Below, in pieces: positions 14,844 through 22,935 of a stretch of DNA of 64,000 bases. The position numbers and the translations under genes are program-made. Source of the stretch: Candidatus Dadabacteria bacterium (lineage in GTDB: Bacteria > Desulfobacterota_D > UBA1144 > Nemesobacterales > Nemesobacteraceae); contig VXTZ01000003.1 of NCBI GenBank assembly GCA_009837205.1, forward strand, positions 2,263 through 66,262, read 5' to 3'. The notes under the pieces were generated by a model. It worked only from the letters and a program-made list of their open reading frames with translations. It did no database searches and was not told the DNA's origin. Numbering within the stretch: position 1 is the stretch's first letter; every line of letters begins with the position of its first letter.

Positions 14844-16447
14844 CTGCCCGCGCCGTGCTCAAGAACTTTTCCGACGGTGCCTATCCTGTCGTAGCTAATC
14901 CCCCCGTATCCGGGGATCTTGAGGCTTATGTCATCCATCACTTCCGACGCGGAGCCGTAACTGAACAGGGCTTTATCGAGCCGTTCTCCGATCATGCACA
15001 GTATTTCGCATGCGGACTTAGCATTCCCGGGAGGAGGGATGGCCTTTCTTATTCTCTGAACCCGTCCGGCGTCGTTCGTGAAAGTCCCGTTTTTTTCATA
15101 GGGGCTTGCCGCCGGAAGTATTACGTGAGCGTGTCTCGCGGTCTCGGTGAGTCTGTAGTCGATGATGGCAAGAAAGCTGATTTTCTCAAGAGCCCGGGAA
15201 AGAGCGTACTTCTCGTGGCCTGAAACCATCTCGAACAGGTCTGTCTCGATGACTACCAGCGTATTGATCCTGCCGGCAAGCAGCGAGTCCATCGTAGTTT
15301 TCGTATCGTTTCCGTTTGCCTGCGTCATGAAATTCTTGGCCCCGGCGCTGTTTGGATACGGGTCGTTGCTTACGAGGTCGAATTTTTTCTCTATTTCCTC
15401 GGTTCCCACAGCGCAGATTACCGGGCAGTCTCCAAGTGTGGACGAAAGCTTCGCCGCGAGAAACATTTCCTCATTTGTAAGCCTGGCTGATCCCGCAATC
15501 ACGCAGGTGCCCGCGCCGCCTGACTTTATTCCAGAGAGTCTGGCACCGACGCTGTTAATCGCGTTTTCCCAGGAGGCTATCTCGTAGTCCTTACCGCTTT
15601 TCATTATGGGGTCCTTAAGTCTGGTCAACTCTTGGACCTTCTTGTAGTCGAATCTTCCCCTGTCGCATATCCAGTGTCCGTTAACTTCCTCGTTTATTCT
15701 CGGGCGTATGCGGGAGACTTCTCCTTTTCTCGGATCGACGCCCACGGTAATGTTGCACCCGGTACTGCAGAGAGAACACACGGAGTCTGTGAATTTCATG
15801 TACCAGACCCTCTCTTCGTGAAGGTTATCTTTGGGGAGCAGGGCACCGACCGGGCAGATGTCAATCACGTTTCCCGCAAGTTCATTATCGAGTGTTTTCC
15901 CGGGGAAAACGGAGATTTTCTTCCGAAAGCCTCTTCCGGTGGTCCCAAGTTCGTGGGTTTTCGTTACCTCATCCGTGAAGCGCACGCATCTGGTGCACAT
16001 GATGCACCTGTTGGCGTCGTACATTATGCGGTCGCTCAGGTAGGTTTTCTGCCTTACCTTCTTGTTCTCGGGACCGCCGACCCTGCTGTAGCCGGGACCG
16101 TGATCGAAAGTGGTCATCTGGAGCGGACATTCCCCTCCCTTGGCGCATATGGGACAGTCAAGCGGGTGGTTTATCAGAGTGAACTCAACGGCCGCCTTTC
16201 TTGCCTCAAAAGCTTTTTCGGTGTCCGTCTTGACCACTAGGCCGTCTCTTACGGTCGTGTTGCACGCGGGGAGTACCTTGGGAACGCCTTCCACTTCCAC
16301 AAGGCATTGCCTGCACTGGGCGACCACGCTCAGCGAAGGGTGATAGCAGAAATGAGGGATCTCTATCCCGGCCACCGCGGCAGCCTGGATGACGTTTATT
16401 CCGTCGTCCACATCAAGTTCAATTCCGTCGATGGTTATCTTGGGCAT
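14840..16447 (-). CDS. nuoG: NADH-quinone oxidoreductase subunit G, short form (535 aa)
   Basis: N-terminal 2Fe-2S ferredoxin fold (CYHPSLSVVAQCRQC), 4Fe-4S motifs (HPLDCPICAKGGECPLQ; CIMCTRCVRF) and a partial molybdopterin-like domain. Confidence 0.85.
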   Translation of the reverse strand: MPKITIDGIELDVDDGINVIQAAAVAGIEIPHFCYHPSLSVVAQCRQCLVEVEGVPKVLPACNTTVRDGLVVKTDTEKAFEARKAAVEFTLINHPLDCPICAKGGECPLQMTTFDHGPGYSRVGGPENKKVRQKTYLSDRIMYDANRCIMCTRCVRFTDEVTKTHELGTTGRGFRKKISVFPGKTLDNELAGNVIDICPVGALLPKDNLHEERVWYMKFTDSVCSLCSTGCNITVGVDPRKGEVSRIRPRINEEVNGHWICDRGRFDYKKVQELTRLKDPIMKSGKDYEIASWENAINSVGARLSGIKSGGAGTCVIAGSARLTNEEMFLAAKLSSTLGDCPVICAVGTEEIEKKFDLVSNDPYPNSAGAKNFMTQANGNDTKTTMDSLLAGRINTLVVIETDLFEMVSGHEKYALSRALEKISFLAIIDYRLTETARHAHVILPAASPYEKNGTFTNDAGRVQRIRKAIPPPGNAKSACEILCMIGERLDKALFSYGSASEVMDDISLKIPGYGGISYDRIGTVGKVLEHGAGR

Positions 16448-16509
16448 AGAGAGGACTCAAGGGAAAAGCGATTAGCGTAAATATTATCAGAGAAAGTGCT
16501 TTTGACAAG

Positions 16510-16725
16510 TCAGACGTTTTCGTCCTTTTTGGGTGTCTGAAACTTGGTTTTTTCGTCCATATCGTCTTCAAATTCTATGTTCTTTTTTATATCGTCCTTG
16601 GCTCTTTGAAGCTCTCTTATCCCCCTGCCAAGGGTTCTTGCGACCTTGGGCAACTCCTTGGGCCCCAGAACCACAAGTGCGATGAAAAGTATTATGAGTA
16701 ATTCAGCTGTGCCGAGTCCGAACAT
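16510..16725 (-). CDS. tatA: twin-arginine translocase subunit TatA/E
   Basis: MFGLGTAELLIILFIALVVLGPKELPKVARTLGRGIRE is the canonical TatA TM helix plus amphipathic helix; 71 aa. Confidence 0.9.
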   Translation of the reverse strand: MFGLGTAELLIILFIALVVLGPKELPKVARTLGRGIRELQRAKDDIKKNIEFEDDMDEKTKFQTPKKDENV

Positions 16726-16767
16726 CGTTTCTTTCTCCCAGTGTCTAATATAACCAAAACCGGAAGA

Positions 16768-18000
16768 CTAAGTGGCGGTTTTGTTAATTTTTTTTACGGG
16801 AGTCCTTATAAGCAGTACTAAGAAGGCCGTTATAAAAGACGCCGCCATTGCCACAATAAGGGAGTTCTGGTAGCTCTGAGTCATGTCGAAGAGAAGTCCG
16901 GAAACAAGGGGGCCGCTGATCGCGGCGAGGGAGAATCCGGTGCCAAAAATACCGAAGATGCTTCCAAGTGACTTAAGACCGTAGAATTTTCCAAGTATAG
17001 TCGGAAACATCGGCACCCACCCGCTGTAGAAAAGGCCGAACAGAAAGCCGAACAGGTAAAGCGACCATACCTCCGCGACCGACAGAATGATTATTATGGA
17101 GGTTGCCTGGAAGAAATAGCAGACAAACAGTATGCGCACGTCGCTTAGGAAGTTGGTCACGACTCCCGAGAAGAAAATCCGCCCGATAATGCTTCCAACC
17201 CCTATGAAGGCGGGTGCCCCTGCCGCGACGAGAGGGGATATTCCTGCCCCTACTGAGAAGTTAAAAAGATTAACGACAATGATGAGAAAAGTGTTAAACC
17301 CGAAGAAGAAGGCAGCGTACATAAGCCAGAAGCTTGAGTGTGAAAACGCTTCCTTCGGACTCCAGTCAGAAGCCCCCTTCTGTTTTTTTGCATCTTCCGA
17401 GTTCTCTCCGTACGCTTTTAGGTTCATGTCCTCGGGATGGCTTTTCACCAAGAATGCGGCACAGAGTATCGCGGTAAAAATTACGGAGAGATAAACAAGG
17501 GCGCGTTCGTAACCGAATGATTCTATAAGCCAGGTAGTAAGAGGGTTTACCACCAGCCCGCTTACCGGAACCCCTGCCGTGGCGATTCCTATGGCAAGTG
17601 CCCTTTTCTTAACAAACCACCTGCTGATAATGGTGACGGGCAGTATGTAGAGAAACCCGTCTCCTATTCCCACCATTACGCTGTAGGTCAGGTAGAGTTC
17701 CCATGTGGTTTCGGCATAAGCGGAGAGAAGAAAGCCGAAGGCCGCTATGAGTCCTCCGAAAAAGGTGAGGGCTCTCGCGTCGTGGGTATCTATAAGCCTT
17801 CCCGCGAACACGAATGAGAAGGCCATGCAGACGCATCTGAGGGAAAAAAATGACGATCCGGCGGTATTTGAGAGACCGAAAGCTTCGTTCAGGTAAGGGA
17901 GAAATATCCCGAACGAGTAGAGAACCATCCCGTCAAGCGTTATGAGCAGGTGTCCCGCTAAGACTATGATCCATCCGTAAAAAATTTTGTTTCTAAGCAT
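16768..18000 (-). CDS. MFS transporter (OFA-like)
   Basis: 12 predicted TM helices in two 6-TM halves with a charged central loop (KAYGENSEDAKKQKGASDW). Confidence 0.7.
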   Translation of the reverse strand: MLRNKIFYGWIIVLAGHLLITLDGMVLYSFGIFLPYLNEAFGLSNTAGSSFFSLRCVCMAFSFVFAGRLIDTHDARALTFFGGLIAAFGFLLSAYAETTWELYLTYSVMVGIGDGFLYILPVTIISRWFVKKRALAIGIATAGVPVSGLVVNPLTTWLIESFGYERALVYLSVIFTAILCAAFLVKSHPEDMNLKAYGENSEDAKKQKGASDWSPKEAFSHSSFWLMYAAFFFGFNTFLIIVVNLFNFSVGAGISPLVAAGAPAFIGVGSIIGRIFFSGVVTNFLSDVRILFVCYFFQATSIIIILSVAEVWSLYLFGFLFGLFYSGWVPMFPTILGKFYGLKSLGSIFGIFGTGFSLAAISGPLVSGLLFDMTQSYQNSLIVAMAASFITAFLVLLIRTPVKKINKTAT

Positions 18001-18042
18001 GGGCTCTCTGTGTGGAAACGGGATTTCTCCGCCGCGGGCGAA

Positions 18043-19326
18043 TCAGAGAAGTTTCCGAAAATCGCCGTGCCCTCCAAGGTCGGCGAGTTTTTCGATGGGA
18101 AGCGTCTTTTCCTCTCCGGTTCTCATGTTGCGAAGCGAGAAGACTTTTTTCCGAAGCTCGTCCTCTCCGATAATTACTGAGTACGCAGCCCCGGTCCTGT
18201 TCGCTTTTCTCATCTGGCTTTTCAGGCTTTTGTTTTCGTATTCGGTCTCGACCCGTATACCCTTTCTCCTCAGGTCGTCGGCTATTTTCGCCGCTTCACC
18301 CCTGGCCTCATCGCCGATATGGATAATGCATACGAGCTGTTTTTTCCCGGGGGAATTCCTCCGCGTCCCGGTTTTTTCAAGCAGAAGGAGTATCCTCTCA
18401 AGCCCAATAGCGAATCCCACCGCGGGAGTTTCCGGTCCTCCCATCCGCTCCACCAGAAGATCGTACCTTCCTCCGGCGGCCACGGCGTTCTGGGAACCGA
18501 GCTTGTCCGTCGTTACCTCGAAGACGGTGTCTGTGTAGTAGTCAAGTCCTCTCACTATTCTGGGGTTGAGTCTGTAGGGTATGGATTTTCCCTCGAGAGA
18601 GGAGATGAGAGCGTCAAGGTGCTCGCTGCTCTGCTCCGAGAGATAATCCCGGATCGAGAAGGGGATCTCGGAAGTCACCTCGCGGCACGTTCCGGTTTTG
18701 CAGTCGAGTATCCGAAGGGGATTCGTGCCTAGTCTGTTTTGGCAGTTCTCGCAAAGGGAGTCCTTCTTCGGGGAGAGAAACCCGATAAGGGCTTCTTTGT
18801 ATCGCTCGCGCTCGGCAGGCTTTCCTATCGAGTTAAGCTCAAGTTCCACGTGATCTGAGAGCCCGAGTTCCGTGATCGCGAGCCAAAGCATTGCGATTAT
18901 CTCTGAATCGGCAAGGGGGTCACTGGAACCGAAAAGCTCGGCTCCTATCTGGTTGAAGCTTCTCTGCCTTCCTTCCTGGGGTTTCTCGTGCCTGAACATT
19001 TCCCCCGAGTAGTAAAGCTTCGTCACGGGCGACTTCCTGTGAAGGGAATGCTCGATAAAAGCCCTTACGACTCCCGCCGTCCCCTCGGGCCTCATTGAAA
19101 CCCACTCTCCGCCCTTGGTCTCAAACGTGTACATCTCCTTCTGGACGATGTCGGTAGTGTCGCCGAGACCTGTTGAGTAGACCCCGGAGAGTTCCAGAAC
19201 CGGAATGATTATCTCGGAAAAACCGAAGCGTTCGAACACTTCTTTGGTCCTGCTCTCTACGAGTCGCAGTCTTTCCGTTTCGGGGTTGAATATGTCTTTG
19301 AATCCGTGAAGACGGGCCGCTTTCAT
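18043..19326 (-). CDS. hisS: histidine--tRNA ligase
   Basis: 427 aa; class II motifs (FRHEKPQEGRQRSF, GGRYD, GFAIGLERI) and a C-terminal anticodon-binding domain. Confidence 0.9.
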   Translation of the reverse strand: MKAARLHGFKDIFNPETERLRLVESRTKEVFERFGFSEIIIPVLELSGVYSTGLGDTTDIVQKEMYTFETKGGEWVSMRPEGTAGVVRAFIEHSLHRKSPVTKLYYSGEMFRHEKPQEGRQRSFNQIGAELFGSSDPLADSEIIAMLWLAITELGLSDHVELELNSIGKPAERERYKEALIGFLSPKKDSLCENCQNRLGTNPLRILDCKTGTCREVTSEIPFSIRDYLSEQSSEHLDALISSLEGKSIPYRLNPRIVRGLDYYTDTVFEVTTDKLGSQNAVAAGGRYDLLVERMGGPETPAVGFAIGLERILLLLEKTGTRRNSPGKKQLVCIIHIGDEARGEAAKIADDLRRKGIRVETEYENKSLKSQMRKANRTGAAYSVIIGEDELRKKVFSLRNMRTGEEKTLPIEKLADLGGHGDFRKLL

Positions 19327-19410
19327 AGTACGTTTTTCCGGGTGAACGGTTATTCCCGCGGGTTGGTTAAGGTTATACGCTCTTCAATCAAAAATAAAGT
19401 TTCCGACACC

Positions 19411-19424
19411 GAAGAGCGCTCTTC
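19411..19424. promoter_or_regulatory. perfect 14-nt palindrome GAAGAGCGCTCTTC in the hisS upstream region
   Basis: Self-complementary sequence with a G+C centre, ~90-100 nt upstream of the hisS start (19326) on the coding strand; a candidate dimeric-regulator site. Confidence 0.25.
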
Positions 19425-19560
19425 TGGAAGTACATGGGAGGGAAGGTCGGCGAATGCCGCCGGTAAGGTTTAAAACCTCTGGAAACCGGCGCTTTCAACC
19501 GACCTCTTGAAACTGTCTTCCCAGGCCCGTGGCGAACATACGGGCTTGTTGCCGAGGGAG

Positions 19561-20826
19561 TTAATTCGTGTTCGCTTCTTCGCCCTGAAAATCAAGATAT
19601 ATTCTTTGCGCTACACCCTGAGCGTCGTATGTGTCAACCGCGTAGAGTCCGTCCGTTATATCTCCATTTTCGTTAAGGTCGATCGGACCCGAAAGCCCCT
19701 CGTAGTCAATGTCGTCGTTGATCGTGGTTTCGTCGGTAAGCGCCGCGGCGCAAGTAGCGTAACTGTGGCACTTTGTTCCACCTCTCGTGACCTCCTGGAC
19801 TTTGGAAACATAAACGGAAGGGTCGTTGCTTCCGGCGCTTAAGGCCGCAAGGCGGAGTATGACCACCGCATCGTAGGCGTGTGCCGTATAGTCACTAAAG
19901 TTGAACCGTTCTTTGAATTCTTCAAGCCTTGTGCCCGGAGGTGGAGTTGAAATTACCTGCCTGAATCCTTCAATTTCACCGTTTTCCTCATCCACATGCG
20001 GAAAAAGATTGGTACTGAACACGAGCCCGTCCCCGACGTAATACCCGATTCCCTCGGGAATCACCGAAGAATCAAGCAGACCTCTGATTATCTCCCCTCC
20101 CTCACTAAAAACAAGCAGCACTATAGATTCTACGTCCGGGATTTGCTGCACTGCCGCTTCGACACGTGAGACCACATCGGCAGCTGGAGGAGATGGCTCA
20201 GAGTTATAGCTAACGACCTCGACCTGCCTGCCGTCAGACATTATCTCTTTTTCGACAATTGCCGCAAGGGCTTCTCCCCATGCGTCATCACGATTCACTA
20301 TAACCGTGTTGCCTCGAGCCTGCTTCGCCAGTATCGGCCCCTGAAAGAGGTCAGAAGGGGATACTCTGAAGAAGAAAGGCTGACCTCCAGAGTCAACGAC
20401 GCTTTTGTTCATATCGGTAAGTCTAGGAGAAGTGGCCGAGGGTGAAATAGCGACTATTTCATTTTCGCTTAGAAAAGGATGAACCGCCACAGAGTCCGAG
20501 GAGTATGAAGGTCCCACTATACCGCGTACGCCCATTTCAAGAAGCTCCATTGCGCTCGCGACAGCTTCACCCGCTCCCGCCTGGAAAGAGTTCCCGCTTA
20601 TGATCTCTATATTTCCCCCTGCCTTGTTAATGTCGTCTTTAGCAAGCCCCACGGCTTCTATAAGAGGAGCGTTAAAATCTTCGCCTTCAGCCAGAAGTGT
20701 TCCTATGCAGAAAGTTTCCGCACAATCTACTTCCGCCTCATCTTCTTCGTCGTGAAAGCACCCCAAAGAAAATATTCCCATGGAAACAAAAAGCAGGACA
20801 GAACCCAGAACGATTAATCTTTTCAC
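19561..20826 (-). CDS. ABC transporter substrate-binding lipoprotein, LivJ/LivK-like (type I periplasmic binding fold)
   Basis: Signal peptide with Cys (FSLGC); GTLLAEGEDFNAPLIEAVGLAKDDINKAGG...VRGIVGPSYSSDS pattern of Leu/Ile/Val-binding proteins. No permease or ATPase genes adjacent. Confidence 0.65.
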   Translation of the reverse strand: MKRLIVLGSVLLFVSMGIFSLGCFHDEEDEAEVDCAETFCIGTLLAEGEDFNAPLIEAVGLAKDDINKAGGNIEIISGNSFQAGAGEAVASAMELLEMGVRGIVGPSYSSDSVAVHPFLSENEIVAISPSATSPRLTDMNKSVVDSGGQPFFFRVSPSDLFQGPILAKQARGNTVIVNRDDAWGEALAAIVEKEIMSDGRQVEVVSYNSEPSPPAADVVSRVEAAVQQIPDVESIVLLVFSEGGEIIRGLLDSSVIPEGIGYYVGDGLVFSTNLFPHVDEENGEIEGFRQVISTPPPGTRLEEFKERFNFSDYTAHAYDAVVILRLAALSAGSNDPSVYVSKVQEVTRGGTKCHSYATCAAALTDETTINDDIDYEGLSGPIDLNENGDITDGLYAVDTYDAQGVAQRIYLDFQGEEANTN

Positions 20827-20995
20827 GGCCAGATACCTCCAAATAAAATATGTATTGCCATCACCGAACCTTCGGTCCGTTGATGTACTTTATGACTATA
20901 CACCAAAATGGAACTGAGCGGTCCAGTTTTTTTACAATGATTTATATATAGGTAAAAAGTTTCTTTTTATTTAATACTTGGGGCAAGTGAAGGGC

Positions 20996-21286
20996 TTATT
21001 CGTTTATCAGTTTTTCTTCGAATTCGCCTATGGGAATTGCGGCAAGGGTTTCTATATGGATTGTGCCCCTTGAACCGAGTTCTATTACGATTTTCGTGAT
21101 TGTTTCGTTATCCGGGGCTTCCACTATGTTAACGAAATCATAAGGACCGAGCGCTGCGTACTGGGCTTCGACCTTGGCGCCCATCTCTTCAAGCTCCCTG
21201 TTAACCTCGTTTATCCTCTCGGGCCTCATCTTTATGGTCCTTCTGCCCTCGTCGGTGAGGTTGCTAAGCATGATGTATTTGCCCAT
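20996..21286 (-). CDS. GYD domain protein
   Basis: 96 aa; MGKYIMLSNLTDEG...GPYDFVNIVEAPDNET..GTIHIETL matches the GYD family (named for its conserved G-Y-D tripeptide). Confidence 0.7.
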   Translation of the reverse strand: MGKYIMLSNLTDEGRRTIKMRPERINEVNRELEEMGAKVEAQYAALGPYDFVNIVEAPDNETITKIVIELGSRGTIHIETLAAIPIGEFEEKLINE

Positions 21287-21311
21287 TTTTCGTGTCCGTG
21301 CCCGGAACGTA

Positions 21312-21644
21312 TCAGTCCAGGGTCTTGTTCAATACCTTTTCTATTTCACTTTTCGGGACGGCGCCGACTATCTGCTCGGCGACCTCTCCGTCTTTAAAAA
21401 CTATCAGCGTGGGAATGCTTCTTATGCGGAATTTCATGGTCGTCTGTGGGTTCTCGTCCACATTTACCTTTCCCACCTTAACGCTGCCTTCGTAGTCATT
21501 GGAGATCTCCTCGATAACAGGCGAAAGGGCCCTGCAGGGACCGCACCAGGGAGCCCAGAAGTCGACCAGGACGGGGACTTCGCTTTCCATTACCTCCTTA
21601 TCGAACACGGAATCTACTACTTCGACTATGTTTGAGGATGCCAT
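21312..21644 (-). CDS. trxA: thioredoxin
   Basis: WAPWCGPC active site; 110 aa. Confidence 0.9.
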   Translation of the reverse strand: MASSNIVEVVDSVFDKEVMESEVPVLVDFWAPWCGPCRALSPVIEEISNDYEGSVKVGKVNVDENPQTTMKFRIRSIPTLIVFKDGEVAEQIVGAVPKSEIEKVLNKTLD

Positions 21645-21852
21645 TTTAATCTCCTTTGGGGCTTTTATGCCTATATGCTAATACCAATTTGGAATAATAC
21701 AAGGAGAGGACCGGAGATGTTTCTCGTCTATAGTACCGGTCATTTAGTCATGTATAATTTACGGGATTCCGAAACGTGCCGGCGCCGCCCCGCGCCTTTA
21801 AATAGGATGTGTGCGGGTTATTCGCGGTTATTCTGAAATGGATGTTTGATAT

Positions 21853-22935
21853 ATGGAGAATGAAGCCGTGGTTATGCGAATAACAGTCTTAATGCTTTTT
21901 TTAGCTGTCTGTTTTTTCCCCGGGCTCTCGCTCGCCCAGCCTCCCGACGCTCCAGTGGTGGTATCCGCGGTTGTCGAGAGGGAGGTGAAGAAGCCCCTCA
22001 GGCTTGTCGGCGCAACCTTTCCTGCGAGAAAATCCACCATATCAAGCGAGGTCGAAGGAGTAGTCGGGAAAATGAACGCCGAGGAGGGCCAGTACGTAAA
22101 AAAGGGTGAGACCCTCGCCGAGATAAAGAACGACAAGATCCGCTTTGCCCTTGAGCAGCTTAAGAACGAGAGAAAGGAAGCCCTTGCGAGGGCCGAGCTT
22201 TCGGAAAAAGATTTTGCAAGGATGAAAGAGCTTTACGACAAGGGAATTATTTCTGATGGAGATTTTGACAGGGCAAGGACCCAGAGGGAGTCCACTCAGG
22301 CCGGGCTGCTCAGCCTCGAAAGCCGCATCGAAATCGCCGAATACGATCTTGCGGCGTCGAGGATAGCCGCCCCCTTTAACGGCTACGTGACTAAGCACCA
22401 CGCCGAAGCGGGACAGTGGTTAGGTCTCGGGGACAAGGTGGTTTCCTTTGTGGACATAGACACGATAGAGGTAATGGCTGGGGTGCCCGAGAGGTACGTA
22501 GATGACATAAGCGAGGGCATGGAGGTTGAAGTCATACTGCCCTCTCACAATCGGCTTACCATTCCTGCAGAGATCTCTTCAGTCATCCCGGACGCGGACC
22601 CGAGAACCGTATCCTTTCCGGTAAGGGTGGTGCTTGAGAATCCCGATCATACGATAAAATCCTCAGCTTCGGCCATACTCATGGTAAGGATCGGCGAAAC
22701 CGAGAAAATAAAGCTCGTACCGAAAGATTCCATAGTCAGGTCTCCCCAGGGCACCATGGTTTTTGTCGTGAGGGAAGGACTTGCGCACTCTGTGCCGGTG
22801 GAAGAAAAGGGCTGGTATGAGGGCTTCACTCACGTTGAAGGGGGAATAAGCGTAGGCGAGAGCGTGGTCGTGAGAGGAAACGAGAGACTCATGTCCATGC
22901 AGAAAGTCAGGATCACTGACACCATAGAGCAATGA
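21853..22935 (+). CDS. efflux RND transporter periplasmic adaptor (membrane fusion protein, HlyD/AcrA family)
   Basis: Signal peptide (MRITVLMLFLAVCFFPGLSLA from the internal Met at 21874), coiled-coil hairpin, lipoyl and beta-barrel segments. The stop overlaps the start of the RND pump (ATGA). Confidence 0.8.
   Translation: MENEAVVMRITVLMLFLAVCFFPGLSLAQPPDAPVVVSAVVEREVKKPLRLVGATFPARKSTISSEVEGVVGKMNAEEGQYVKKGETLAEIKNDKIRFALEQLKNERKEALARAELSEKDFARMKELYDKGIISDGDFDRARTQRESTQAGLLSLESRIEIAEYDLAASRIAAPFNGYVTKHHAEAGQWLGLGDKVVSFVDIDTIEVMAGVPERYVDDISEGMEVEVILPSHNRLTIPAEISSVIPDADPRTVSFPVRVVLENPDHTIKSSASAILMVRIGETEKIKLVPKDSIVRSPQGTMVFVVREGLAHSVPVEEKGWYEGFTHVEGGISVGESVVVRGNERLMSMQKVRITDTIEQ

Noticed and set aside
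19327-19560. T-box riboswitch upstream of hisS
   Set aside because: No specifier-loop or T-box consensus (AGGGTGG.ACCGCG) or terminator/antiterminator pairing was recognisable by eye; only the short palindrome is reported.
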